NCBI GenBank assembly: GCA_035551675.1 | Contig: DASZMV010000068.1 | Coordinates: 5,675-69,674, forward strand | DNA length: 64,000 nucleotides | DNA from: Caulobacteraceae bacterium | Lineage (GTDB): Bacteria; Pseudomonadota; Alphaproteobacteria; Caulobacterales; Caulobacteraceae | Direction: 5' to 3' | In this document: positions 18,424 through 26,933 of the stretch, one piece after another | Numbering within the stretch: the first letter of the stretch is position 1 | Layout of the letters: every line of letters starts with the position of its first letter | The notes under the pieces: model-generated | What the model saw: the letters and a program-made list of their open reading frames with translations, nothing else | What the model was told of the DNA's origin: nothing | Databases searched by the model: none | Made by a program: the position numbers and the translations under genes

Positions 18424-18732
18424 TCAGATCGGCATGCGCAGGATTTCCTGATAGGCGCTGATCACCTGATCGCGGATCGACATCACTGTTTCCAACGACG
18501 TCTCCGCCGAGGCCACCGAGGTCACCACGTCCACCAGGTCCGCCTTGCCGGCGGCGTGCGCGGCCATCTGGCCTTCCGCCGCCTTGGACGTCTGCTCCAG
18601 GCCGCCGATCACATTGCTCAGCACCTTGGAGAAGTCGGGTCCCGACGCAACGTCGCCCGTGGGCGCGGCGCCGGTGTCCATCACCTTCTGGGCGGCGGTG
18701 TAGGCCTTTAGGGCGGCGAGCGGAGCGACCAT
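18424..18732 (-). CDS. fliE: Flagellar hook-basal body protein FliE
   Basis: 102 aa with C-terminus [19 protein letters not shown]. Follows flgB-flgC. Confidence 0.85.
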   Translation of the reverse strand: MVAPLAALKAYTAAQKVMDTGAAPTGDVASGPDFSKVLSNVIGGLEQTSKAAEGQMAAHAAGKADLVDVVTSVASAETSLETVMSIRDQVISAYQEILRMPI

Positions 18733-18743
18733 CGGTTAGGACC

Positions 18744-19166
18744 TCACGTGCCTTTCAGGAGACCGAGCGTCGAGGACTGCATCGCGCGCGCGGTCTCGAT
18801 GACGTTCAGGTTGGCGTCGTAGGCGCGCTGCGCCTCGCGCATGTCCATCGCCTCCATCAGGGGGTCGACGTTGGGGCGCTTCACATAGCCCTTCGCGTCC
18901 GCCGCCGGATGGCTCGGATCGAATTCCATGTGGAAGTCGGAGCGGTCGGGCACCACCTCGGCCAGTTTCACGCCGGAAGCGCCGTCGATCTTCGAGGTCT
19001 CGAACACCGGCACCTGGCGCCGGTACGGATCGCCGCCGGCGGTCTTCGCCGTCGAATCGGCGTTGGCGATGTTTTCCGCGATCACGCGCATGCGCCCCTG
19101 CTGCGCCTTCAGCGCGGTTGCGGCGACCGCCATGGCGGAGCTTGTCGGGGGAACCGTATCGGCCAT
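18744..19166 (-). CDS. flgC: Flagellar proximal rod protein FlgC
   Basis: 140 aa. Contains IAENIANADST and AQRAYDANLNVIETARAMQSSTLGLL. Confidence 0.9.
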   Translation of the reverse strand: MADTVPPTSSAMAVAATALKAQQGRMRVIAENIANADSTAKTAGGDPYRRQVPVFETSKIDGASGVKLAEVVPDRSDFHMEFDPSHPAADAKGYVKRPNVDPLMEAMDMREAQRAYDANLNVIETARAMQSSTLGLLKGT

Positions 19167-19179
19167 CTAGAACGCTCCC

Positions 19180-19602
19180 TTAGCCGCCCGGCTTTCGGGC
19201 GGCGGTCTTCAGCATGTTTAGCGAGTGCTGGTACAGACTGATGGCCGCGTCGTAATCCATGCGGCTCTCGGCCATCTTCAGCATCTCCTCCTCGAGCACG
19301 ACGGAGTTGCCGTCCATGCGCGTCTCCGAATCGGGTGCGTCGACGGCCTTCATCTGCAGCGCATCGGACGACGACGAACCGGGCGAGGAGATATGTCCCG
19401 CGTCGGCCACCGACAGGGTCACCACGCCCGGGCCCTGGCTGCGCCCCAGAAGTTGCGCGAAGCTCGGCGCCTTAACGTCCTTTGGCGTGAAACCGGCCAC
19501 GTCGGCATTGGCCACGTTCTCCGCGATCACGTTCTGGCGCTTGTTCAGGTACTGCAGCCGGCCCTTCAACGCCGTCAGCAGCGGAATGTCGTCCACAGGC
19601 AC
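19180..19602 (-). CDS. flgB: Flagellar proximal rod protein FlgB
   Basis: 140 aa with the N-terminal rod motif RQNVIAENVANADVAGFTPKD. Confidence 0.9.
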   Translation of the reverse strand: MPVDDIPLLTALKGRLQYLNKRQNVIAENVANADVAGFTPKDVKAPSFAQLLGRSQGPGVVTLSVADAGHISSPGSSSSDALQMKAVDAPDSETRMDGNSVVLEEEMLKMAESRMDYDAAISLYQHSLNMLKTAARKPGG

Positions 19603-19695
19603 GACGAACTCCCCTAGCGCCGGAGCAGCCGGCGCGCTCTTGCCAAAATCTTGCCGGGCAGAAGTTGCCGCGCTTATGGTTAATGAGGCGTTTCG

Positions 19696-19711
19696 GTAAA
19701 TCGGCGTTAAC
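19696..19711. promoter_or_regulatory. Near-consensus CtrA-type box (GTAA-N7-TTAAC) in the flgB/fliO divergent intergenic region
   Basis: Matches 8 of 9 specified positions of TTAA-N7-TTAAC. Lies 55-70 bp upstream of the fliO start. Confidence 0.3.
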
Positions 19712-19765
19712 CACGTTCATTCACGGTCTCGCTCGCGAGCAGAAGCTCACGAACGCGGGCGCCCA

Positions 19766-20044
19766 ATGGATTTTCTCGATTTTCTACGGGCCGCCCTGGC
19801 CCTCCTGGTCACCCTGGGCCTGATCGGCCTGGCCAGTTTCGGTGTGCGGCGCTTCGCCCCGGGGATTCTGAGTCGGCTTCAGACCAGGGGCGGGATGAAG
19901 AAGCGCATGCAGATCGTCGAGACCCTGGTGCTCGGCCCGACCCAGCGCATGGTGCTGGTCCGCGTCGACGACGCCGAACGCGTGATTCTGTTGGGCGAAG
20001 GCCGCGAGCTGGCCGCCGGCGAGCCGGCGAAGGCCCCGCGATGA
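19766..20044 (+). CDS. fliO: Flagellar export protein FliO
   Basis: 92 aa with a single N-terminal TM (LALLVTLGLIGLASF). Its stop overlaps the fliP start (ATGA). Confidence 0.6.
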   Translation: MDFLDFLRAALALLVTLGLIGLASFGVRRFAPGILSRLQTRGGMKKRMQIVETLVLGPTQRMVLVRVDDAERVILLGEGRELAAGEPAKAPR

Positions 20045-20883
20045 GGGCGCCCGCGATGAGAGCCCCCACGATGAGTACCAAGGTCATCACCCGCCTGCCC
20101 GCGCTCGTGCATCTGCCAAACCGGGAGGAAATGAAGCGCGCGCTGCGCCTCAGTTTCATCGTCACCCTCGGCTGCATGATATTTCCCGCGGTGGCGGCGG
20201 CCCAGGCGGTGAACCTCGACCTCGGCAACGGCACGGGCCTGACCCAGCGCGTGGTCCAGCTCATCGCGCTGGTGACGGTGCTCTCGCTCGCGCCCTCGAT
20301 CGTGATCATGACCACCTCGTTCGTGCGCATCACGGTGGTGCTGTCGCTGTTGCGCACCGCGCTCGGCCTGCAGCAGTCGCCGCCCAACGCGGTGCTGGTG
20401 TCGCTGTCGCTGTTCCTGACCGCAGTGGTGATGGGCCCGACCTTCACCCAGTCCTATGACGCCGGCATCAAGCCGCTGCTCGACAAGAAGATGGAGTTGC
20501 CGCAAGCCTTCGGCGCCGCGTCACAGCCGGTGAAGGCGTTCATGCTGCACCAGGTCGACCGCGGCGACCTTGCGCTGTTCGTGCGCCTGGGCAAGGTGGC
20601 GCGGCCGCAGCACGCGATCGATCTGCCACTGCGCGTGGTGACGCCGGCCTTCATGATCTCGGAACTGAAACGCGCCTTCGAGATCGGATTTCTGTTGTTC
20701 GTGCCGTTCCTGGTCATCGACTTGGTGGTGGCGAGCGTCTTGATGAGCATGGGCATGATGATGCTCCCACCGGTGGTGGTCAGTTTGCCGTTCAAGCTCA
20801 TCTTCTTCGTGCTGGTGGACGGCTGGCGACTGGTCGCCGGCTCGCTGGTGGAAAGTTTCCAGCACGGCGGCGGGGTGACGTAG
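20041..20883 (+). CDS. fliP: Flagellar export apparatus protein FliP
   Basis: Conserved core LAPSIVIMTTSFVRITVVLSLLRTALGLQQSPPN ... FMISELKRAFEIGFLLFVPFLVIDLVVASVLMSMGMMMLPP. The start is ambiguous, with candidates at 20041, 20071 and 20131. Confidence 0.93.
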   Translation: MRAPAMRAPTMSTKVITRLPALVHLPNREEMKRALRLSFIVTLGCMIFPAVAAAQAVNLDLGNGTGLTQRVVQLIALVTVLSLAPSIVIMTTSFVRITVVLSLLRTALGLQQSPPNAVLVSLSLFLTAVVMGPTFTQSYDAGIKPLLDKKMELPQAFGAASQPVKAFMLHQVDRGDLALFVRLGKVARPQHAIDLPLRVVTPAFMISELKRAFEIGFLLFVPFLVIDLVVASVLMSMGMMMLPPVVVSLPFKLIFFVLVDGWRLVAGSLVESFQHGGGVT

Positions 20884-20900
20884 CGGGCGCCAGTTTCAAG

Positions 20901-21033
20901 GTCGCGTTCGCTGGGTCCTCGACAGCTCGGAGCTGACGCTCCTAGTCAAGGATGACGAAAGCATAAAAGGGATCGTCATCCTTGGCGACGCGCGGCTTTA
21001 GCCGCGTGGCGACGAGGACCCAGCAAGCGCGAC
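20901..21033. repeat. 133-bp nested inverted-repeat element (MITE-like or structured RNA)
   Basis: The outer 21-bp arms match 19/21 (gtcgcgttcgctgggtcctcg and cgaggacccagcaagcgcgac). They enclose three hairpins, including a perfect 12-bp stem (caaggatgacga / tcgtcatccttg). The element sits between the convergent fliP and SnoaL-like genes. Confidence 0.6.
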
Positions 21034-21048
21034 GTGAATAAAGCACAC

Positions 21049-21411
21049 TTACCGTATCGACCCCGGGTCGTAGTAAAACTGCTCGCGCACGATCTTGTCG
21101 CATTCCCACTGCTGGATCGACAGCTCATCCATCCGCCTGGTCACGCCGTCCTGGCCGGTGATGTCGAACACCCAGTTGATCACCACGCGGTCGCCGTCCA
21201 GCAACCAGCGTCCGACCGGATGGGTCACGATCTCCTTCATGCGCGCCAGCGCCGCCTTCTCATGCGCCACCAGGACGGCGCGGCCCTGGCGCGGCGGGTT
21301 GTGGTTCTCCTGCATGGAGGCGTTCTCGGCGTAGAAGTCCTCGATGGCCTCCGCGTGAGCGCCGCTGACCACCCGGCGGATGAAGGCTTCGACGACGGCG
21401 CGGTCGGGCAT
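21049..21411 (-). CDS. SnoaL-like / NTF2-fold protein
   Basis: 120 aa from the internal ATG at 21411, which has an AGGAG 8 nt upstream. Sequence MPDRAVVEAFIRRVVSGAHAEAIEDFYAENASMQEN ... is typical of SnoaL-like polyketide-cyclase-fold proteins. Confidence 0.65.
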   Translation of the reverse strand: MPDRAVVEAFIRRVVSGAHAEAIEDFYAENASMQENHNPPRQGRAVLVAHEKAALARMKEIVTHPVGRWLLDGDRVVINWVFDITGQDGVTRRMDELSIQQWECDKIVREQFYYDPGSIR

Positions 21412-21674
21412 GGTGCGGCTCCTGGGCACGGCTGCGGAGAAAAATCGGCCTGCGGCGTCCTGTGACGCGCGAAGGGGCTTTATATCCGGCGCAAGGGCCC
21501 CTACCTTCGGCTTTGTCGTCAACGAACTGAAAGGAGGTGACCAGTGTCTCATTGTCTCCAGCCGTCATCGGGTACCGTGACCTGGATCTCCGAGAACGAG
21601 GTTCAAGCCTAGGCTTCGGATCACCTCCGAGCGCAAGCTATTGGTCGCGACGCCGATTGGCGGTCCGACAATGT

Positions 21675-21702
21675 GAAGGCCGCCCCGCAAGGGGCGGCCT
21701 TC
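21675..21702. terminator. Perfect 12-bp GC-rich hairpin (gaaggccgcccc-gcaa-ggggcggccttc)
   Basis: Lies 30 bp beyond the stop of the 436-aa secreted-protein gene. The T-tract is weak, so intrinsic termination is plausible but not certain. Confidence 0.5.
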
Positions 21703-21731
21703 TGCATTTCAACCTTCGGTCAGCGCCAGAG

Positions 21732-23042
21732 TCAGCGCATAGCCGAACCCCGGTCCATGCCCAGGATCATCGAGGTGGTGGACTTGAAGCGCACCTTGAC
21801 GACGGTCTTCACATTCCACGCCGCCTTGGGGCTCGACGGCCGGGGCGGATCGGCGAAGTTCACCTCGTCGCCATAGGCGATCATCTGGAACATGCCGCCA
21901 AGGCCGAGCGCGCTCTCCACCTCTTCGGGAATGATGCATTCGGTGGTCTCGGGCCGCATCACCGCCTGTTCGGCGACCAGCCGGCGCACCTCCGACGGCG
22001 GCAGATAGTCGAGCAGCGGACCGAAGCTGTTGGCCTTCATGCTCGATGTCCACATCACCATGGTGTGGCCGTCGCCGCCGCCCTTTTGCGAATCCGCGCC
22101 CATCAGCATGGCGTAATAGCCCGTCGCGCCCGGCACCGCGTTCCACGTCACCTTCAACGCGCCGCCCGGCGTCGGATACTTGCTCGTGATGGTCAGCGGA
22201 GCCATGAAGTCGTGCTCCGGCCCCAGGTGGAACTTGATGTCGGGCGTATAGTCGCCGCGCACCATGTGATCGCCGGCGAGCGAAGCGTCCGCGGGGACGC
22301 GTTGGGTGTCGCGACGATTGGGCCAGTCGCCGTAGGTGGCGCTGCGGGACGAGGACGGCGGACGTTCCGGCTTCACCTCGATCATCGGCAGCTTGGGCAA
22401 CTGGCCCTGGGCCATGGTGGCGAAGTCGAGGACGATCGGCGCCGCCGCGGCGTGTTCGCCGCAGCCCCAGTAGATGAGCATCTTGCCCTCGGGTTTGCGC
22501 ATCTGGTCGGGCATCGAATAGTCGGCGTCCGCCTTCTGCGGCGCGGGCTGTTCCGGCGTCACCAGCGGCAGGCTCGGCCCCATGTTCATGCCGGTCGGAA
22601 TCAGATGTTCCGCGGTCGGGTCGCCGGTCGGCTTAGCGATGGAGCCGAGCTGCAGAGTCAGCTGGCGGATCGGGGTCCCGCCGCCGCCCATGCGCGCCAT
22701 ATAGTCGTTGGCGCCGCCGCCGCCGTTGGCGTTACTGCCGGAGTCGTTCGAACCGCCGCCGCGATTGCCGAACAGGCCCGCGCCCGGGACCATCGAACTC
22801 GCCGCCGCGCCCAGCATGGAGCCCAGACCGGGCCGCTTCGGCTTGGGCTGTTGTTGTTGCGGTTGTTGGTCCTGATCGCCTGAGCCCCGGCCGGACATGC
22901 CCGCGCCCATGCCGCCCATGCCGGTGCTGGTGGAGGCGCTGACCCAATAGGTCGCGACCGGTCCCGATTGCTGCGCCAGCGCCGGCGCCGCGAGCGCGCC
23001 GACGGCCGCGGCGGTGATGAAGAGACTGCCCCTCGTCGCCAT
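21732..23042 (-). CDS. Secreted hypothetical protein with N-terminal G/M/Q-rich low-complexity region
   Basis: 436 aa. Signal peptide (AAAVGALAAPALAQQ), MGGMGAGMSGRGSG and QQPQQQQPKPK tracts, then a roughly 300-aa globular part. No motif recognised. Confidence 0.6.
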   Translation of the reverse strand: MATRGSLFITAAAVGALAAPALAQQSGPVATYWVSASTSTGMGGMGAGMSGRGSGDQDQQPQQQQPKPKRPGLGSMLGAAASSMVPGAGLFGNRGGGSNDSGSNANGGGGANDYMARMGGGGTPIRQLTLQLGSIAKPTGDPTAEHLIPTGMNMGPSLPLVTPEQPAPQKADADYSMPDQMRKPEGKMLIYWGCGEHAAAAPIVLDFATMAQGQLPKLPMIEVKPERPPSSSRSATYGDWPNRRDTQRVPADASLAGDHMVRGDYTPDIKFHLGPEHDFMAPLTITSKYPTPGGALKVTWNAVPGATGYYAMLMGADSQKGGGDGHTMVMWTSSMKANSFGPLLDYLPPSEVRRLVAEQAVMRPETTECIIPEEVESALGLGGMFQMIAYGDEVNFADPPRPSSPKAAWNVKTVVKVRFKSTTSMILGMDRGSAMR

Positions 23043-23151
23043 AGCCCTGAACCTCCCTTGTCTGGAGTATTCAACCTACCACGAGGCGACGATTTTCGAA
23101 GCGTCAGAAAGCAAGGTTCGACGAACGACAGTCGCCGAAGCTTTGCCGTTC

Positions 23152-23661
23152 TTACTTCTTCTTCGCGGGCTTTTCCGGCGCCTCGTCGGCGATCGCAGCG
23201 GACGGTTCGGCCCCGGCTTTTCCGCCGACCGCGCGGCCCGCGCCGTCGACGATGCGCGTGATCTGATAGGTCGCGACACGCCAGCCCTGCTGCGTCTTCA
23301 TCAGGACGAGGGTGGGACGCGTGTGCATCTCCACCGGCTTGCCGTCGCGCTCCATGGTCAGCTTCATGCGCAGGAACAGGACCGTCACCGTCTGCGAGAG
23401 CGGTTTCTGCTTCTCGATCCGGTACTCGACCTTGCTGCCCTTGTAAGGACCCGCGAACAGCGCCGCGTGCACCTTGGCGATGGCCTGCTGGCCCGCGCTG
23501 TGGCCGCCCATCAGGTCGATGAAGTCGGCCTGTTCGCCGAACACCGAGGCGAACGCCTGCGCGTTGCCCTTATTCCATGCGCCTTGCATGTGCCCCAGCA
23601 AGGCCGCGAACGGTTTCGCCGCGCCCGTCTGCGTGTCGCCCGTTACGATGACTTCGGTCAT
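23152..23661 (-). CDS. SgcJ/EcaC-type NTF2-fold protein (DUF4440-like)
   Basis: 169 aa containing [26 protein letters not shown] ... [10 protein letters not shown]. Its start overlaps the ivd stop. Confidence 0.6.
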   Translation of the reverse strand: MTEVIVTGDTQTGAAKPFAALLGHMQGAWNKGNAQAFASVFGEQADFIDLMGGHSAGQQAIAKVHAALFAGPYKGSKVEYRIEKQKPLSQTVTVLFLRMKLTMERDGKPVEMHTRPTLVLMKTQQGWRVATYQITRIVDGAGRAVGGKAGAEPSAAIADEAPEKPAKKK

Positions 23662-24824
23662 GCCCCCAGTAACTCCCGTCCAATGAGGAAGCGCCGAATT
23701 TCGTTGGTTCCGGCGCCAATGTCATAAAGTTTCGCGTCACGCATGAAGCGCTCCACCGGCCACTCGCGCGTATAGCCGGCGCCGCCCAGCGCCTGGATCG
23801 CCTCGAGCCCGGTCTTCACCGCGTTCTCCGACGCCAAAAGGATCGCGCCCGCCGCGTCGAAGCGCGTGGTCTTGCCGGAGTCGCAGGCCTTGGCCACGGC
23901 ATAGACGTAGGCGCGCGCCGAGTTCAGCGCGACGTACATGTCGGCGATCTTGGCCTGCATCAGTTGGAACGAGCCGATGGGCTTGCCGAACTGCTTGCGC
24001 TCCCGCGCATAGGGCAGCACCACGTCGAGACACGCCTGCATGATGCCGAGCGGCCCTGCCGCCAAGACGGTGCGTTCGTAGTCGAGACCCGACATGAGAA
24101 CGCCGACGCCGCCGTTCTCGGGGCCCATGACGTTTTCTTCCGGCACTTCGCAATCCTCGAACACCAGCTCGCCGGTGTCGGAGCCGCGCATGCCGAACTT
24201 GTCGAGCTTGCGTGAGACGGAATAGCCCTTGAAGCCCTTCTCGATCAGAAACGCGGTAATTCCGCGCGATCCAGCGTCCGGCGTCGTCTTGGCGTAGACC
24301 ACCAGAGTGTCGGCGTGCGGCGCGTTGGTGATCCAGAACTTCGTGCCGTTCAGCACGTAGCGGTCGCCCCGCTTGTCGGCGCGCAGCGACATCGACACCA
24401 CGTCCGAACCCGAGCCCGCCTCCGACATCGCTAGCGCGCCGACGTGTTCGCCGCTGATCAGCTTAGGCAGGTACTTGCGCTTCTGTTCGGGGCTCGCCCA
24501 GCGGCGGATCTGGTTGACGCAGAGGTTCGAATGCGCGCCGTAGCTCAGGCCGATCGAGGCCGAGGCGCGCGACACCTCCTCCATGGCGACGCAATGCTCG
24601 AGGTAGCCCAGGCCCAGGCCGCCGTACTCCTCGTCCACCGTGATGCCGTGCAGGCCAAGCTCCCCCATCTCGGGCCACAGCTCGCGCGGGAAGGTGTTCG
24701 AGCGGTCGATCTCGTCCGCCATCGGCTGGATGCGGTCGTGGGCGTAGCGGGCGGTGGTCTCGCGGATCGCATCGGCGGTCTCGCCCAGGCCGAAATCGAA
24801 GTCGGGAAGCGCGTTGGGGATCAT
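23658..24824 (-). CDS. ivd: Isovaleryl-CoA dehydrogenase
   Basis: 388 aa. [64 protein letters not shown] is characteristic of IVD within the acyl-CoA dehydrogenase family. Confidence 0.85.
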   Translation of the reverse strand: MIPNALPDFDFGLGETADAIRETTARYAHDRIQPMADEIDRSNTFPRELWPEMGELGLHGITVDEEYGGLGLGYLEHCVAMEEVSRASASIGLSYGAHSNLCVNQIRRWASPEQKRKYLPKLISGEHVGALAMSEAGSGSDVVSMSLRADKRGDRYVLNGTKFWITNAPHADTLVVYAKTTPDAGSRGITAFLIEKGFKGYSVSRKLDKFGMRGSDTGELVFEDCEVPEENVMGPENGGVGVLMSGLDYERTVLAAGPLGIMQACLDVVLPYARERKQFGKPIGSFQLMQAKIADMYVALNSARAYVYAVAKACDSGKTTRFDAAGAILLASENAVKTGLEAIQALGGAGYTREWPVERFMRDAKLYDIGAGTNEIRRFLIGRELLGA

Positions 24825-24898
24825 GCCTTGGCCGATAGCACGGTCATTTCCGTGGGGCGAGCAAAGGTTAGCTCAGTTCCGCTCCCAGGCCTCGCCTC

Positions 24899-26584
24899 TC
24901 AGTCCTCGTCGCCGCCGACCCGCTTCAGCAGGAAGAAGACCGACACGGCCACGCAGCCGACGCCGATCAGGGCCAGGATCCAGGCGAAGATGGTCATGTC
25001 CCCGCCGGTGCGACCGCGCAAGAAGGCGGCGACGGCGCCGGCAAAGGCGACCAGGCCGATGACCGACATCAGGATGAAGGGCGCGCTGGAGCCGCGCTTG
25101 CCGTCGTCGGCCGGCGTGGCCTCGTGGCGCACGACGCGGGTGGGCTCGCCCCCCGCCCAGCCTTCCTGGAACAGGCTCGGATCGGCGGCGGCCTGCGGCG
25201 CGGTTTGCGTCATCGGCTCGGGACGGGCGACCGGCCACTCTTCCGGCGGATGGGTGAGGACCAGCGGTTCCGGGGGCGGCGCATGGGCCTGGGGCGCAGG
25301 TTGAAGCTCCGGCTGGACCACGGGCATGGGCGCCGGGGCGACGGGAGTGGGGATCGACGGCGGCGGCGGCGGCTGGAACGACTGCGGTTCGGGCGCAAGG
25401 CTTCGCGCGATCTCATTCGCGGCCGTCGGCGCGACGTCCGGCCTTGGCTCGGGCTTGGCCTCGGCGGCCCGGTCTTCGTTGGCGGGCTTGGCCATGTTGC
25501 GGCCCAGCGCCGCGGCGGCCATGGGACCGTAGATGCGGGCGTGGCTGACGGTCTCGGCGACCGAGCGCGACATAGGGGGGCTGCCCAGCTTGGGGGTCGG
25601 AGCCTGCGGCCAGAGCTTTACCGGTTGCTGGATCGGCTCCGGCGCGGCCGGCGGAGACATGGGGGCAAAGCCCGAGGCGGGATCCGCGGCAGCCTGGACC
25701 TGGGGCGCTGCGGGCGGCGCGGGATCAGGCGCGACCGCCACCGGAGGCGCAGGGTCCGGAACCGCCTCGGGCTCGGGTTCCGGTTGCGGCTCGACGTGCG
25801 GCGAGGGCTTGGGGCCTTCCGCGAAATAGGAGATGGCGTCCGCCGACGGCATGCCGGCGTGTACCTGCGTATCGGAGACCGGCGCTTCGGAAGCCGGCTG
25901 CGGGGCCTGAAAGATGGCGATCTCGGCGGCGGCGAAGACGGCGGTGACGACGTTGGACGGGGCCTCGACGTCCGGCTCGGGCGCGGCCGGCGCGTCGGTG
26001 CGATGAAGTTCGGCGGCGGGACCCTCGAGCGGCGCGTCGGTTTCGACCGGGCGGCTGGTGGGCAGGACCTCGGGGGCGTCGATGTCGACGGTGGGACGGA
26101 CCAGGACCGAGGGGATCGGCGTATGGCCCTCTAGCGGGGTCAGGAACAGGGCCTTTTCGGCGGTGCGGCGACGCACCAGGCCGTCGAGGACCAGCGGATC
26201 GCCCCCCACCTCGCCCTTGCGCCACAGGTCGATCTCGCAGGCGGCCTCGGTCAGCCGGCCCTCGTTGACGCGCTTCAGAACGTCGGAGCCGCGGAAGGCG
26301 TCGATGCCGACGTTGAAGACGAAGGCGCAGAGGGCGTCGAACTGGTTCTGGCTCAGCGGCGTGAAAACAAGGCCGTTCACCGCCTCGACCACCGGCATCA
26401 GGTCGAACAGCAAGAGCGCCTCGGCGTCCTGGCCCGAGACCTCCGCCCCCTCGCGGGCCGACTTGGTATGGCCGTAACCGATGGTCCAGCGGCCGTCGGG
26501 CAGGCGCGCGGCGGTCGGCCGGAAGCCTTCGAAAGCTTCGATCAGGGCCAGGCCCTGGCGGGAAACCTTCTGACGCGGACGCAT
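24899..26584 (-). CDS. spmX: SpmX-like polar organiser: GH24 lysozyme-like domain, long Pro-rich linker, two C-terminal TM helices
   Basis: Start taken at the ATG at 26584 (MRPRQKVSRQGLALIEAFEGFRPTAARLPDGRWTIGYGHT ...), which is a T4/lambda-type lysozyme signature. A roughly 330-aa Pro/Ala/Glu-rich region follows. The C-terminus has two TM segments (FILMSVIGLVAFAGAVAAF and IFAWILALIGVGCVAVSVFFLL). This domain order is that of Caulobacter SpmX. Confidence 0.65.
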   Translation of the reverse strand: MRPRQKVSRQGLALIEAFEGFRPTAARLPDGRWTIGYGHTKSAREGAEVSGQDAEALLLFDLMPVVEAVNGLVFTPLSQNQFDALCAFVFNVGIDAFRGSDVLKRVNEGRLTEAACEIDLWRKGEVGGDPLVLDGLVRRRTAEKALFLTPLEGHTPIPSVLVRPTVDIDAPEVLPTSRPVETDAPLEGPAAELHRTDAPAAPEPDVEAPSNVVTAVFAAAEIAIFQAPQPASEAPVSDTQVHAGMPSADAISYFAEGPKPSPHVEPQPEPEPEAVPDPAPPVAVAPDPAPPAAPQVQAAADPASGFAPMSPPAAPEPIQQPVKLWPQAPTPKLGSPPMSRSVAETVSHARIYGPMAAAALGRNMAKPANEDRAAEAKPEPRPDVAPTAANEIARSLAPEPQSFQPPPPPSIPTPVAPAPMPVVQPELQPAPQAHAPPPEPLVLTHPPEEWPVARPEPMTQTAPQAAADPSLFQEGWAGGEPTRVVRHEATPADDGKRGSSAPFILMSVIGLVAFAGAVAAFLRGRTGGDMTIFAWILALIGVGCVAVSVFFLLKRVGGDED

Positions 26585-26633
26585 GCCCAGTGATCCAATA
26601 CGACACGGGGCGCACAGGCCCCGCAGGCACGGG

Positions 26634-26649
26634 TGCAATGCCCGTACCG
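26634..26649 (-). promoter_or_regulatory. Sigma-54-type promoter candidate upstream of the spmX-like gene
   Basis: The minus strand reads cGGTAC-gggca-TTGCA. The GG and GC dinucleotides have correct spacing and the -12 TTGCA is perfect. The motif lies about 50 bp upstream of the ATG. Confidence 0.45.
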
Positions 26650-26933
26650 TTAGCAAGAGCTTAACGCTGAGGTTCGCCTTCGGCGCAAGTCACAGGAAAG
26701 CGACGTTATTTGAGGAAGGGCGCCCGGTCCGAAAGGACCCGGCTTGCCGGAGCGCGTTTCGCGCTTCGTTCTTGCGCCGGCCGAGCAGGCTCCGCTGCGG
26801 GCGGCGGAACTGCATGCAAGGACCTTGGAGGACCTCCTGAAAATCAGAGGTCAGACAGCCGAAGCATCGTGGCGAGGCTTTCATTTTGACTTTCCAGTAA
26901 GCTATGTTACGGTCAATTAGGAGCGGCGAAGCG

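Noticed and set aside
21618-21628. An 11-nt identity to the 16S rRNA 3' end (GGATCACCTCC), considered as evidence of an rRNA gene fragment.
   Set aside because: No flanking similarity to 16S rRNA is visible, and the match is too short. It is kept only as part of a speculative pairing observation.
24980-26100. Repetitive Pro/Ala/Glu-rich coding DNA in the spmX-like gene, and the ftsZ linker (55150-55750), considered as possible DNA repeat arrays or CRISPR-like structure.
   Set aside because: This is compositional low complexity within clear ORFs. There are no regularly spaced identical repeats and spacers, and no cas genes in the window.
24899-26584. A lysozyme (GH24) domain gene as a sign of a prophage or lysis cassette.
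   Set aside because: No holin, spanin, terminase, capsid or integrase genes are nearby. The lysozyme domain is fused to a long Pro-rich linker and two TM helices, which is the SpmX architecture of Caulobacterales, and its neighbours are housekeeping genes.
26886-26916. A nested palindrome-like sequence TTGAC...GTAA-N6-TTAC..GTCAA upstream of the acyl-CoA synthetase gene, considered as a second TetR operator.
   Set aside because: The arms are short (4-5 bp) and asymmetrically spaced (6 nt versus 1 nt). The sequence is unrelated to the CTACTCATNAGTAG motif, so it may be chance.
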